64,000 bases of DNA from an uncultured Alphaproteobacteria bacterium (GTDB lineage: Bacteria > Pseudomonadota > Alphaproteobacteria > RF32 > CAG-239), in the NCBI GenBank assembly GCA_944392315.1, contig CALXWH010000008.1, forward strand, positions 8,549 through 72,548, written 5' to 3'. The position numbers and the translations under genes were made by a program. This document shows positions 19,204-28,554 of the stretch, piece by piece (positions within the stretch are counted from its first letter, which is position 1; each line of letters begins with the position of its first letter). Below the pieces are notes generated by a model. It worked only from the letters and a program-made list of their open reading frames with translations. It did not search any database and was not told where the DNA came from.

Positions 19204-19713
19204 TTGTCTGATTTGAAAGAAATTGTTTGTTTGGTTGGCAAACAGCGGGATGAAATTGTTTGTCGGTTGTTGGATTTTTCAGCAACCGATACAATTTTGT
19301 ATTTAGAAGATTGTGTGGATGATGAACAAATTCTTTCTCGTGTGAAAAGGGCTATTTCTTTTGCTAATGAGATTTTGCAAACTCAATTTGAGGAAGTACA
19401 AGGATTTGAGGTTTCGGCCAAAAATTTGGCACAAAAGGAGCAATTGCAAAGATTTTTGGAGCAGTTAGATGATGCGTCTTTAGCAATTTCGTATCTTGTT
19501 GCAACGGAGCTGAGATCGGTATTGTTGGGTGTTTTGTTTTTGTATCATGTTTTTTCTGTGCAAGAGGTGTTTAATATTGCCTTTGCTGAGGAATTGTATG
19601 AGCAAAGTAAATGGGGTAGAGACGAGGATACTCTTCATAGGCACGCGCAAATTTTGGAAAATTTAAAAAAGTGGGAAAAGTTTTGTAATGAGAGAAGTTT
19701 ATTTAAAAATTGA
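19204..19713 (+). CDS. ATP12-like (F1-ATPase assembly chaperone family) protein, N-terminally short
   Basis: 169 aa with a TTG start directly after the asmA stop. The C-terminal half (SYLVATELRSVLLGVLFLY..AFAEELYEQSKWGRDEDTLHRHAQILENL) resembles the ATP12 C-terminal region by eye. The N-terminal ~70 aa of typical homologues is missing. Confidence 0.4.
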   Translation: MSDLKEIVCLVGKQRDEIVCRLLDFSATDTILYLEDCVDDEQILSRVKRAISFANEILQTQFEEVQGFEVSAKNLAQKEQLQRFLEQLDDASLAISYLVATELRSVLLGVLFLYHVFSVQEVFNIAFAEELYEQSKWGRDEDTLHRHAQILENLKKWEKFCNERSLFKN

Positions 19714-19975
19714 AGGTAGAGTTCAGGGAATCGGCTATCGTCGTTGGGCGGTTTCAAAAGCTCTTGAGATAGGAGGAATATCTGGTTGGGTTAGAAATGA
19801 AGATGATGGGAGTGTTGAAATTTTGATGAGTGGTGAAGATGATAAAATCAATCAAATGATTCAATGTTGTTATCAAGGTCCTCTTTTTGCGAGAGTGGAT
19901 AAAATCTCATTTTTACCTGGGGTTAAAAATTATTTTTTGCCGCAAATTGAGGAAAATGTTTTTAGACGTATTTAG
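19688..19975 (+). CDS. acyP: acylphosphatase
   Basis: 95 aa. IEGRVQGIGYRRWA..GWVRNEDDGSVEI signature. Confidence 0.85.
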   Translation: MREVYLKIEGRVQGIGYRRWAVSKALEIGGISGWVRNEDDGSVEILMSGEDDKINQMIQCCYQGPLFARVDKISFLPGVKNYFLPQIEENVFRRI

Positions 19976-20064
19976 TTATAACTTTAATTTAGGTTAGGGT
20001 TAATTGTTTTAGCCTTGCAGAGCGTATATTTTTATCTAGTGTTTATTTTATTAAGGAGGAAAAT

Positions 20065-20331
20065 ATGCGCGTTGAAAAAAATTTAGAAAATGCCAAAGCA
20101 TGTGTTTGTTTGTCGTGTCCTTCATATTCTACACATTGTAAAGGTAAAAATGGTCAGAATATTCCTTTTGATGTTTCTCATTTAAAGCATTTGGAACGGT
20201 TGTTTTGTGCTTTTGAAAAGAGTAACTGTATTCATGAGCATAAAGGGTGTTTGTGTGAGCATTGTCCTGTTTATAAAAAATATAACTTAAGCCAAGAAGA
20301 ATATTGTTTGTTTACCGGCGGATTAAAATAA
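20065..20331 (+). CDS. small Cys-rich protein (DUF2769-like)
   Basis: 88 aa. Repeated C-x-C-x2-CP / C-x-C-x2-CP motifs (CVCLSCPSY, CLCEHCPVY). Strong RBS aaggagg upstream. Confidence 0.5.
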   Translation: MRVEKNLENAKACVCLSCPSYSTHCKGKNGQNIPFDVSHLKHLERLFCAFEKSNCIHEHKGCLCEHCPVYKKYNLSQEEYCLFTGGLK

Positions 20332-20348
20332 TATTGTCGGAGGTTTAG

Positions 20349-21014
20349 ATGGTTAAGTCTTTAACAACAAAAACAGATAATACGGAAAAGCGCTTTTTAC
20401 ATTTGTACAGAGTGGTTCATGAAAGAGAAAAGTACTTGAGTACGGAGGCTTTGATTGTTCAATATAGTACATTATTACGCTTTTTTGTGAAATTTTTACA
20501 GCAAAAAGATAATTATAATCAGAATGTTGAGTTGGTTTTGTTTTTAATTTATTCAAAACTTGGGCGAATTTATTATGACGAAAGTGTTCGCAGTTTGGAT
20601 AACAGTAAATGCTTTTTGGCGGCAGAATATTATAATCAGGCGTTGTCATTTGCGCGTAATGTTGATGATAAAACCAGAATTTTACTCGCTTTAAAAGATA
20701 TTTATTATTATCTTAATGATGAGGATGCTTATTTGCGAGTTGAAGAAACTTGGGCTGAAAATCATGAGATGCAAGATAAATATCAAGCCTATATGATTTT
20801 GGCTCAAAACGCGGATACGCCTCATGCAAAAGTGAGATTTCTTGAAAAAGCGCTTAATTTGGTCTTAGAACAAAAAGAAAGCTTTTATGAAAAGTATCAG
20901 GATACACTTTTTATTTGCAGTCAATTGGTGGCTGTTTATGAATTATTGGGGGAGAGAGAAAAGGCTCTTAGAGTTAAAAAATTACGAGAGAATACTTTGA
21001 AACTATTAAATTAG
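20349..21014 (+). CDS. hypothetical helical-repeat (TPR-like) protein
   Basis: 221-aa ORF with an RBS (ggagg). Helical repeats with Y/L/A periodicity; no diagnostic motif. Confidence 0.4.
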   Translation: MVKSLTTKTDNTEKRFLHLYRVVHEREKYLSTEALIVQYSTLLRFFVKFLQQKDNYNQNVELVLFLIYSKLGRIYYDESVRSLDNSKCFLAAEYYNQALSFARNVDDKTRILLALKDIYYYLNDEDAYLRVEETWAENHEMQDKYQAYMILAQNADTPHAKVRFLEKALNLVLEQKESFYEKYQDTLFICSQLVAVYELLGEREKALRVKKLRENTLKLLN

Positions 21015-21023
21015 GAGGCTGTA

Positions 21024-21959
21024 ATGGCATTATATACAACTGATTTGCTGATTTTAGGTTCTGGACCGGCCGGATATACAGCGGGGATTTATGCAATCAG
21101 AGCAGGACTTAAAACGACAATCGTATCGGGTAATCAAGAAGGTGGACAATTAACAATGACGACCAGTATTGAAAATTTTCCCGGATTTGAGGAAATCAGT
21201 GGTTTTGAGTTGATGGATAAGATGAAACAGCAGGCTTTGAAGCTGGGTGTTGAATTTGTTAACGACAATATTGTAGAGGTTGATTTTTCAAATCGTCCGT
21301 TTGTGTGCAGTTCAGAAAACGGGCATTCTTATAAAGCACGTGCCGTTATTGTTGCAACGGGGTCGTCCGCAAGATGGTTAAATATTCCGTCTGAAAAGAA
21401 ATTTTTGGGATATGGTGTGTCTGCCTGTGCAACATGTGACGGGTTCTTTTATCGGGGGAGAACGGTTGCTGTTGTTGGCGGTGGTAATTCGGCTGCTGCT
21501 GAGGCATTGTATCTGGCCTCATTAGCAGATAAGGTAATTTTGGTTCATAGACGTCATCAGTTGCGTGCAGATAAAATTTTGCAGGATAGAATCCTTAATA
21601 ATAAGAAAATTGTTGTTGAGTGGGATAGCGTTGTTGAAGAAATTGTTGGTGATGAGAATCCTTTGAAAGTTACAGGGGTTAAATTGCGCAATGTTGAAAA
21701 TGATGAAATTAAAACAATTCCGTTAGATGGTGTCTTTATTGCAGTTGGTCACCAACCTAATACGGAAATTTTTAAAGGTAATTTGGTTTTAGACAGTAAA
21801 GGCTATATTGTTACCCATGAAAATAGTTCGGCAACTGATGTAGAAGGTGTTTTTGCTGCCGGAGATGTTAAAGATCCTAAATATAAGCAAGCGGTTATTT
21901 CTGCCGGAAGCGGTGCTATGGCGGCGATGGATGCCATTGAGTATTTGGATGAAGATTAA
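21024..21959 (+). CDS. trxB: thioredoxin-disulfide reductase
   Basis: GSGPAGYTAGIYA FAD motif, CATCDG redox-active disulfide, GGGNSAAAEALYL NADPH motif. Confidence 0.92.
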   Translation: MALYTTDLLILGSGPAGYTAGIYAIRAGLKTTIVSGNQEGGQLTMTTSIENFPGFEEISGFELMDKMKQQALKLGVEFVNDNIVEVDFSNRPFVCSSENGHSYKARAVIVATGSSARWLNIPSEKKFLGYGVSACATCDGFFYRGRTVAVVGGGNSAAAEALYLASLADKVILVHRRHQLRADKILQDRILNNKKIVVEWDSVVEEIVGDENPLKVTGVKLRNVENDEIKTIPLDGVFIAVGHQPNTEIFKGNLVLDSKGYIVTHENSSATDVEGVFAAGDVKDPKYKQAVISAGSGAMAAMDAIEYLDED

Positions 21960-21961
21960 TT

Positions 21962-23344
21962 CTATTGCCTGATTTCTACAGTATAGAGGCAGTATTTGGA
22001 ACTTAATTGATATTTTTTGTGGAAAGCCAAGTTTGCTCTGTAGTAACTTGGCTTTTCGCATGTTCTAAAAAGTAATAAGGTAGGTGTTTGTCTTGCTTTT
22101 TCTTCAAGCGTATATATGTTTATGCGGATATAAAAGTGGTATAGGGATTCTTGAAAGCCTTTTAAGGTCTTAAAATCGGTGGTTGTTTGATTTAAAAGGG
22201 TTATATTTTCTTTTAAATAAGGGAGAATAATGTTTGCGTCAAAATGTTCAAAAACAATAATTTCTGGCTTTTCATGAGGGAATATATTGTTTATATGTAA
22301 AGCACTTTTTTGGAGCTCTGTTAAGTAGGCTTTGTCTCGTAATTTGTATTGGTTTGCTGGGTTAAAAATAAGTGCGGATGATAGTATGATGAGGGGCAAT
22401 AGTTGCTTAAAATTTTCTTTGGAAGTTTGTAAATTACTTAACCAAAAGGCGCAAATGAGGTATATGTAGAAAAAATTATGATGATGTATACTGCCGTGAT
22501 ATAAGTATAAAAATGAGGTTAAAAGTAGACTTTGGGTTACTATAAGGAAGTATAAAGCGGTGTATCTTTTGTATTTTATAAAAATTACGATAGAACTGAA
22601 CAGCAAAAGTATATAAATGTAAATGTTTAAAGGGTGTAGGGCATTGTTTATATCGGTTTGTAGCGGACTGAATGTAGGTGTGTATTTAGGAATGTTTGTA
22701 TCGTATCCGTAAAACTGTATGATTATCAAAATCAGTTCTAAAAGTCCGGCAATAATTGTTTGTTGGGTAGAAAGCGATATTACTTTGTTATTTATGTCTT
22801 TTCTTATGTTTTCATATAAATATATAACTCCTAGAGCAAAAGCCCCAAAGAAACAAACCAAATTTGTATTAGCTAAAAGCAATAAAAGGATTAGGTATGT
22901 TATGCCGTGTCTATGTCTGTTAGGGTATAGGGTTAATGTTGCAAAGAGTAAAGCAATTCCTAGTGTGTAGCTACGAGCAAATGCCGAATATAATTGTAGA
23001 AAAGGGGCTGAAAATGTTATCAGATATTTTAAGTAGGTTGGAAAAGGTGCATATTTATATAACAGATAAAAAGCGCAGATGATTAATATCAAATTTATGA
23101 GGTAAAGAGAGTAAGGATATAGAAAATGTATTTTAGCGAAGGGCATCAAAAGGCAATACCATAAAAAAGGATGCCCTTCTATTTTACTTAGGGTGAATAT
23201 TTCAGGTAAAGATAAATATTGCGCAATATTCCAAGCATGTGCCTCATCATAGTTTGGTGGACACCCCCAATTTAAGACAATTGCTGAAATGATTAAAGTC
23301 GTTAACCCGATAAAATATAAATGGTATTTCAGCAGAACTTTCAT
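21962..23344 (-). CDS. polytopic membrane protein, possible GT-C fold (ArnT/PMT-like) glycosyltransferase
   Basis: 460 aa with more than 10 predicted TM helices. The first loop carries YDEAHAWNIAQ, resembling the DE-x-x-Y/W loop motif of ArnT/PMT_2 enzymes. Lies 3 nt downstream of ychF. Confidence 0.45.
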   Translation of the reverse strand: MKVLLKYHLYFIGLTTLIISAIVLNWGCPPNYDEAHAWNIAQYLSLPEIFTLSKIEGHPFLWYCLLMPFAKIHFLYPYSLYLINLILIICAFYLLYKYAPFPTYLKYLITFSAPFLQLYSAFARSYTLGIALLFATLTLYPNRHRHGITYLILLLLLANTNLVCFFGAFALGVIYLYENIRKDINNKVISLSTQQTIIAGLLELILIIIQFYGYDTNIPKYTPTFSPLQTDINNALHPLNIYIYILLLFSSIVIFIKYKRYTALYFLIVTQSLLLTSFLYLYHGSIHHHNFFYIYLICAFWLSNLQTSKENFKQLLPLIILSSALIFNPANQYKLRDKAYLTELQKSALHINNIFPHEKPEIIVFEHFDANIILPYLKENITLLNQTTTDFKTLKGFQESLYHFYIRINIYTLEEKARQTPTLLLFRTCEKPSYYRANLAFHKKYQLSSKYCLYTVEIRQ

Positions 23345-23347
23345 TCT

Positions 23348-24460
23348 CTATACATTAAATAAGAAGTTTAACAAATCGCCATCTTGGACGATATAATCTT
23401 TACCTTCGGAGCGCATTTTTCCGGCTTCTTTGCAACCTTGCTCGCCTCCAAATTTGATATAATCATCATAAGATATTGTTTCTGCGCGGATGAAACCTCT
23501 TTCAAAATCGGAGTGAATGATTCCGGCGCATTGCGGTGCCTTGGAGCCTTTTAAAAATGTCCAGGCGTGTACCTCTTTAGGGCCGGCAGTAAAATAGGTC
23601 TCAAGCCCCAGTAATTCATAGCCAGCTTTTATGATTTTGGTTAAACCTGTTTCTTCCAGCCCGAGGGCAGAAAGAAATTCTTGCTTTTCTTCTTCACTGT
23701 CTAATTGGGCAACTTCAGATTCAATCGCTGCAGATATGATAACTGCTTTGGCGTGTTCTTTTTCGGCCTTTTCAAATACTCTTTTGGAAAATTCGTTGCC
23801 GGTAGCTGCGCTGTCTTCATCAACATTGCAGACATATAAAACAGGTTTTGATGTTAAAAGTTGCATCATCTGATACTGTTTCCACGCATCTTTATCATCT
23901 GGTGAAGGCGCTGCTGTGCGGGCGGGTCTACCTTCGCGTAGTGCATTTATAATCGGTTCCATTACTCTGGCTCTGACGGCAGCCTCTTTATCTCCGCCGG
24001 TTTGTGCTTTTTTCTTAGTTTGTTCAAAGCGCTTTTCTAGTGATTCTAAATCGGCAATCATTAATTCTGTTTCTACAATTTCTGCATCGCGGATTGGATC
24101 AACGGAACCTTCTACATGGGTTATATTGCTATCTTCAAAGCAGCGTAAAACATGGATGATTGCATCTGTTTCGCGGATGTTGGCTAGAAATTGATTACCT
24201 AAACCTTCACCTTTTGAGGCGCCTTTTACTAAACCGGCAATGTCAACGAATTCAAGTTGGGTCGGAACAATGTTTTTGGGATGTACGATATTTGCTAACT
24301 CTTGTAAACGCTTATCCGGCACAGCGACTCGCCCCGTATTTGGTTCAATCGTACAAAAAGGAAAGTTTGCCGCTTGGGCCGCGATTGTTTGTGTTAATGC
24401 ATTGAAAAGTGTGGATTTGCCTACGTTTGGAAGACCTACGATACCACAATTAAATCCCAT
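23348..24460 (-). CDS. ychF: redox-regulated ribosome-binding ATPase YchF
   Basis: [19 protein letters not shown]1 motif, plus the C-terminal TGS domain. Confidence 0.95.
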   Translation of the reverse strand: MGFNCGIVGLPNVGKSTLFNALTQTIAAQAANFPFCTIEPNTGRVAVPDKRLQELANIVHPKNIVPTQLEFVDIAGLVKGASKGEGLGNQFLANIRETDAIIHVLRCFEDSNITHVEGSVDPIRDAEIVETELMIADLESLEKRFEQTKKKAQTGGDKEAAVRARVMEPIINALREGRPARTAAPSPDDKDAWKQYQMMQLLTSKPVLYVCNVDEDSAATGNEFSKRVFEKAEKEHAKAVIISAAIESEVAQLDSEEEKQEFLSALGLEETGLTKIIKAGYELLGLETYFTAGPKEVHAWTFLKGSKAPQCAGIIHSDFERGFIRAETISYDDYIKFGGEQGCKEAGKMRSEGKDYIVQDGDLLNFLFNV

Positions 24461-24569
24461 TTTATTGCTCCTGTTGTTTTTATTTTCTTTTATGCGGTTA
24501 TACTAGAGATGTAATCGTTTTGCAATAAAAAAATAAAGGTTTATCTTTTGATTGAAGGTGAAATCATAA

Positions 24570-25142
24570 CTACTTGGTATTGTGCATACCAATTAAATTA
24601 GAGTAATAAGTCATGCCTTTATTTATCAAGTCGCTAATGCTATTTGTAATAAAATCCAGTCGTTCTTGTAAAATGTCCATTTCTGCTTTAGAAAAGCGGG
24701 ATAATACAAAGCTGGCTGTGTCTGTGTGATGTTCTTGTGGAGAGCCGACACCAACGCGTATACGATTATAATCCGGACCTATTTGTGAATCTATATTTTT
24801 TAATCCATTATGTCCACCAGCAGAGCCGCCAATTTTAGCTTTTAATTTGCCTAAAGTTAAATCTTTGTCATCATGAATGACAATAATGTTTTGGGGAGGA
24901 ATTTTATAGAAGTTTGCGACTTTTCCGACTGAATTTCCGGATAGATTCATAAATGTTTGCGGCTTGAGTAACAGCACTTTCTCTCCATCTATAGTGCCTT
25001 CTGCTAACAATCCTTCAAATTTTGCTTTGAATGGTGAAAAATTATAGCGGCTGTGTATTTCATCAGCCGCCATAAATCCAATGTTATGGCGGGTTTTTGC
25101 ATATTCTTCACCAGGATTGCCCAAACCTACCACTAAAAACAT
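24570..25142 (-). CDS. pth: peptidyl-tRNA hydrolase
   Basis: MFLVVGLGNPGEEYAKTRHNIGF..GGHNGLKNI motifs. Confidence 0.92.
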   Translation of the reverse strand: MFLVVGLGNPGEEYAKTRHNIGFMAADEIHSRYNFSPFKAKFEGLLAEGTIDGEKVLLLKPQTFMNLSGNSVGKVANFYKIPPQNIIVIHDDKDLTLGKLKAKIGGSAGGHNGLKNIDSQIGPDYNRIRVGVGSPQEHHTDTASFVLSRFSKAEMDILQERLDFITNSISDLINKGMTYYSNLIGMHNTK

Positions 25143-25160
25143 CTTTTTGCCCTATAATTC

Positions 25161-25451
25161 TTAGTTACGCATAAAGTCAACGTGAATAGGCATATCCGAT
25201 ACCGGGTCAAATTGTACATCTTTGCAGATTACTTTTTCAGATTTACCATTTAAGGAAATGGTAATTACTGATTTATAGAAATCACGAAGATCAAGAGCCT
25301 TTTCAAGTTCAACAGGGTGTAAACTGATGTTTACAGCGTTTTTCTTGCCACCATATATAACTGCAGGAACGCGGCCTTCTCTACGACATGCACGAGCTGC
25401 CCCCTTACCTGCTTTTTCACGCAAATTTGCATTAAATGTAATTTCTGACAT
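25161..25451 (-). CDS. rplY: 50S ribosomal protein L25, short (5S rRNA-binding domain only) form
   Basis: 96 aa. REKAGKGAARACRREGRVPAVIYGG..PIHVDF. Conserved rplY-pth-ychF order. No CTC C-terminal domain. Confidence 0.85.
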   Translation of the reverse strand: MSEITFNANLREKAGKGAARACRREGRVPAVIYGGKKNAVNISLHPVELEKALDLRDFYKSVITISLNGKSEKVICKDVQFDPVSDMPIHVDFMRN

Positions 25452-25555
25452 GTTTTTAATCCTTTTATAAAATTAAATCTACCAACCGACCTCCAGGGGT
25501 GCCGTTTGGTGTGGAATCTTATATATCTGATTGTTTTAAAAATCAAGTTGTTTTT

Positions 25556-25590
25556 AGAAAAAAAGAGGAAACAAAGTCTCCTCTTTTTTC
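25556..25590 (-). terminator. bidirectional hairpin terminator downstream of pssA
   Basis: aaaagagga-aacaaagtc-tcctctttt hairpin flanked by A-run and T-run, followed by a (CTTTTTT)n tract at 25583-25609. Confidence 0.55.
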
Positions 25591-25612
25591 TTTTTTCTTT
25601 TTTCTTTTTGTG

Positions 25613-26440
25613 TTATTGTTGAGCCGGAACTTCTGTTTGTGTTTTTAGATACTCTTTTTTATCTCTTAAGAATTTTAGTACTCCGAATGGAATTGAAAGA
25701 GTGTAAAGAGCGGTTAAAACGCCAAGAGTTAACCATGTTTGTGTGAACAAGAAGTTTGCAAGCAAGGCCACAATGATTAAGAGAGGAACAACCATAGAGG
25801 CTTTTATTTTGCTCTTTTTTAAAGAAATTGTTGGGATTCTGCTGGTTTCTAAGTACGAAACAAAGCACATCCATAATCCACAAAATAAATGGGTTCTTAG
25901 AACTAGTTCTGCTTCAACAAAATCAAAGCTTATTAAAATCGGCATCATAACCATTGCTGCGGCGGCTGGTGCTGGTACACCCGTGAAATAGTGCGACCAA
26001 TAGGGCGGAATGGTTTTATCTTCCAGCATGGTATTAAATCTGGCTAAACGCATGGCCATTCCCATTGCAAACAATAGGCAAAAGAACCAGCCGATTTTAG
26101 GAAGATCAAACAAACACCACTGGAACATTAAAATTGCCGGAGCGACACCGAAACTTACAAAGTCACTTAGAGAATCTAGCTCTGCACCGAATTTTGAAGA
26201 GGCTTTTAACATTCTGGCCAGTCTTCCATCTAAGCCGTCAAACAAAGCCGCTAAGAAAATGAAGAGAACAGCCTTGCTCCAATCTTCCTGAACGGAATAA
26301 CGAATTGATGTGATACCGGAGCAAAGAGCTAACATTGTAACTATATTGGGAACTAATTTCCGAAACGGAACTTCTGAAAATTTGTTCTTTGAAAATTTTA
26401 TTTTCCTGTTTAAGGATCTCATAAATTTACCTTTCTTCAA
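25613..26440 (-). CDS. pssA: CDP-diacylglycerol--serine O-phosphatidyltransferase
   Basis: CDP-alcohol phosphatidyltransferase motif DGLDGRLARMLKASSKFGAELDSLSD in a multi-TM protein. Confidence 0.85.
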   Translation of the reverse strand: MKKGKFMRSLNRKIKFSKNKFSEVPFRKLVPNIVTMLALCSGITSIRYSVQEDWSKAVLFIFLAALFDGLDGRLARMLKASSKFGAELDSLSDFVSFGVAPAILMFQWCLFDLPKIGWFFCLLFAMGMAMRLARFNTMLEDKTIPPYWSHYFTGVPAPAAAAMVMMPILISFDFVEAELVLRTHLFCGLWMCFVSYLETSRIPTISLKKSKIKASMVVPLLIIVALLANFLFTQTWLTLGVLTALYTLSIPFGVLKFLRDKKEYLKTQTEVPAQQ

Positions 26441-26602
26441 ATGTTTATGCCGAAACGTTGTTTCTGCCGCATAAAATAAAATTTAATAAAAATATGCGCT
26501 GCATATTAAAAACAGTCAAAATTTTAACCGGAAATAAAAAAAATACAAGTTTTATGTTGCATTTATATTTTTTTGTTTGTATAAGATATTTCCAGATGAT
26601 TT

Positions 26603-26689
26603 GCGCTTGTGGCGGAACAGGTAGACGCTGCAGACTTAAAATCTGTTGGCCGCAAGGCCGTGCCGGTTCGATTCCGGCCTAGCGCACCA
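26603..26689 (+). tRNA. tRNA-Leu (anticodon TAA)
   Basis: Cloverleaf folded by hand. Acceptor GCGCTTG/CTAGCGC with one mismatch, anticodon loop CT-TAA-AA, long variable arm tggccgcaaggccgt, T-arm gccgg-ttcgatt-ccggc, encoded CCA. Confidence 0.9.
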
Positions 26690-26702
26690 TCTTTTATGTT
26701 AA

Positions 26703-26727
26703 AACGCCCCTTGTGGCGTTTTTTTGT
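26703..26727 (+). terminator. intrinsic terminator after tRNA-Leu
   Basis: aacgcc-ccttgt-ggcgtt hairpin followed by T7. Confidence 0.7.
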
Positions 26728-26821
26728 TTTTATGTGTTTAGAATATTTCTTTTTCTTTTTTTAGTTCTTTATTTTTTGTTTGTTTTTTTCTAAGATGAGA
26801 GAAAACAGGAAGGAATATTAG

Positions 26822-27385
26822 ATGATGAAGGCATTACTTTTGCATGGAACGTGTGATGAGGGAGAATTTTTTGATGAAAATATGTCTTCTCTCTCTAATG
26901 CTCATTGGTTTCCTTGGTTGCAAAAACAATTTTTGTGTCATGATATTTTATGTCAGACTCCTGAATTGCCAATGCCATATAATCCTAATTATGAAGATTG
27001 GAAAACGATTTTTGAACGCTTTTATGATGAAGATGTTAAAGTTATTGTCGGGCATAGCGCAGGTGCCGGTTTTATTTTAAAATGGTTGCAAGATAATCCT
27101 CAAACTGAATTGGATAAATTAGTTCTTGTGGCACCTTGGTTAGATGTTGAAAAAGAATTTGGTAGTTTTTTGGATTTTCAGATGAAAGGTACTCTTCTCA
27201 ATAATGTTAAGGAAACTTTGTTGTTTTATTCTATGGATGATGAAGTTTCAATTATCAATAGTGTTGAGATGATTTTATCTCATTGTGAAGATATAAAAGT
27301 ATACCGTTTTGAAAATAAAGGTCATTTTGTTACAAGTACAATTGGAGCTACCTTTAGAGAGCTCAAAGAGGCTATTTTTGTATAA
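26822..27385 (+). CDS. alpha/beta serine hydrolase, YdeN/RBBP9-like
   Basis: 187 aa. LLLHGT..HWFPWLQ and a GHSAGAG nucleophile elbow, with the size and layout of the Ser_hydrolase family. Confidence 0.7.
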   Translation: MMKALLLHGTCDEGEFFDENMSSLSNAHWFPWLQKQFLCHDILCQTPELPMPYNPNYEDWKTIFERFYDEDVKVIVGHSAGAGFILKWLQDNPQTELDKLVLVAPWLDVEKEFGSFLDFQMKGTLLNNVKETLLFYSMDDEVSIINSVEMILSHCEDIKVYRFENKGHFVTSTIGATFRELKEAIFV

Positions 27386-27480
27386 GTTTTAGGGGGCAGT
27401 TTAGCTTTTGAAAAGTCTGTGTTTATTCTTTAGAGCATTACGGGAGGTTTTGTAGTTTGATGGTATTGAGGAGGATGTTT

Positions 27481-28545
27481 ATGTTTGTTTACAAAGTTAT
27501 ATGTTATGTGGTGTTTTGCTTTTTATGGATTTCACCTTCATTTGCAAATTCTCCTTGGGAAGGAAAATGGGAGATGGGACGCTATACGGCGGCTGCTGGA
27601 GGTCTATTAGATATTCATGATTGTACGAGTGAAAAATGTCTTTTTAGAATTACTTCTCTGCATGGGGTTCATACTTGTGATGTTAATGGGGTAATGGCAA
27701 TTGATAAAAATCATGCGAGATTTTATAAGTCCGCGGGGGAATATGGTGATGAATTTTCGGCGGAAGAAATACTGTTTGAGTTAAATCCTACGAAAAGAAT
27801 TATTAATGTGCAGCACAAAAGTGGGCAATTTTGTGGTATGAGAGGCTATATAGATGGTATTTATGAACATGAAACTTTGCCATATCGTTATCCGACAAGT
27901 TTTGATTGTTGGAGAGATAATCTAAATCAGGCGGAAATAGCTATTTGCGCATCTCGTAAACTCTCTCAAGCTGATATGGAGTTTGATACTAATTATAAGT
28001 CATTTAAAACAGCTGAATGGTTTGATAATCGCAATAAATGTCAAAAGGATGAGGCGTGTTTATGGGATTTTTATAAAAAAGCTATTAAAGAGGCCTTTGA
28101 AAAGAGTACAAAGAGTTCGTTTAATTTATGGGAGTATGTTCGTTATCAAAAGCAAAAATGGTATTATCCGACGGATTTGGCTTTGCTGAGGGATTATTTT
28201 GAGGCGAATATGAAAGAACCATATTTCTCTGCGTGGACAGTTACTTTAGGAGATGATTCTTATACAGAATCTTGTGAAAATTGTTTGGCCAAATTTTATG
28301 GTATTGCTGGTTTATATACAATATGCGAATCAGCATGGTATATAGATGAGGATGAAATGTGGATTAGCTTTGTTTCGGCAAATTTAGATGCTCCGGAAGA
28401 TGAGAAAGTTCTTGTTTTTGCGCCACAGGGTAAAACACTTGATGATATGCCCGTATTTGTAAAAGAATATACAGAAGATTTGGTAAAACGTGGTAAGCTT
28501 TCTTCTGATAGCATAGAATTGATGTTCTTTAAGACAGTAGAATAA
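27481..28545 (+). CDS. secreted Cys-rich hypothetical protein with a DUF1311/LprI-like segment
   Basis: Signal peptide ending in SFA|NS when started at ATG 27481, which lies 6 nt after GAGGAGG. The segment QAEIAICASRKLSQADMEFDTNYKSF resembles the DUF1311 motif. Confidence 0.45.
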   Translation: MFVYKVICYVVFCFLWISPSFANSPWEGKWEMGRYTAAAGGLLDIHDCTSEKCLFRITSLHGVHTCDVNGVMAIDKNHARFYKSAGEYGDEFSAEEILFELNPTKRIINVQHKSGQFCGMRGYIDGIYEHETLPYRYPTSFDCWRDNLNQAEIAICASRKLSQADMEFDTNYKSFKTAEWFDNRNKCQKDEACLWDFYKKAIKEAFEKSTKSSFNLWEYVRYQKQKWYYPTDLALLRDYFEANMKEPYFSAWTVTLGDDSYTESCENCLAKFYGIAGLYTICESAWYIDEDEMWISFVSANLDAPEDEKVLVFAPQGKTLDDMPVFVKEYTEDLVKRGKLSSDSIELMFFKTVE

Positions 28546-28554
28546 GGTTATAGG

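Noticed and set aside
25452-25560. Possible structured autoregulatory leader upstream of rplY (ccaaccgacctccaggggtgccgtttgg hairpin)
   Set aside because: A single imperfect hairpin. I cannot match it to a known ribosomal-protein leader without a covariance search.
25583-25609. (CTTTTTT) x about 3.8 heptamer tract just downstream of pssA
   Set aside because: It is intergenic, adjacent to the terminator hairpin, and most simply an extended T-run/A-run. There is no evidence of function.
26458-26682. 74-aa ORF overlapping tRNA-Leu; likewise 51608..51826 over tRNA-Arg, and 52079..52402 and 52141..52347 over tRNA-Pro
   Set aside because: These ORFs read through well-folding tRNA genes and their promoters, so they are artefacts of six-frame translation.
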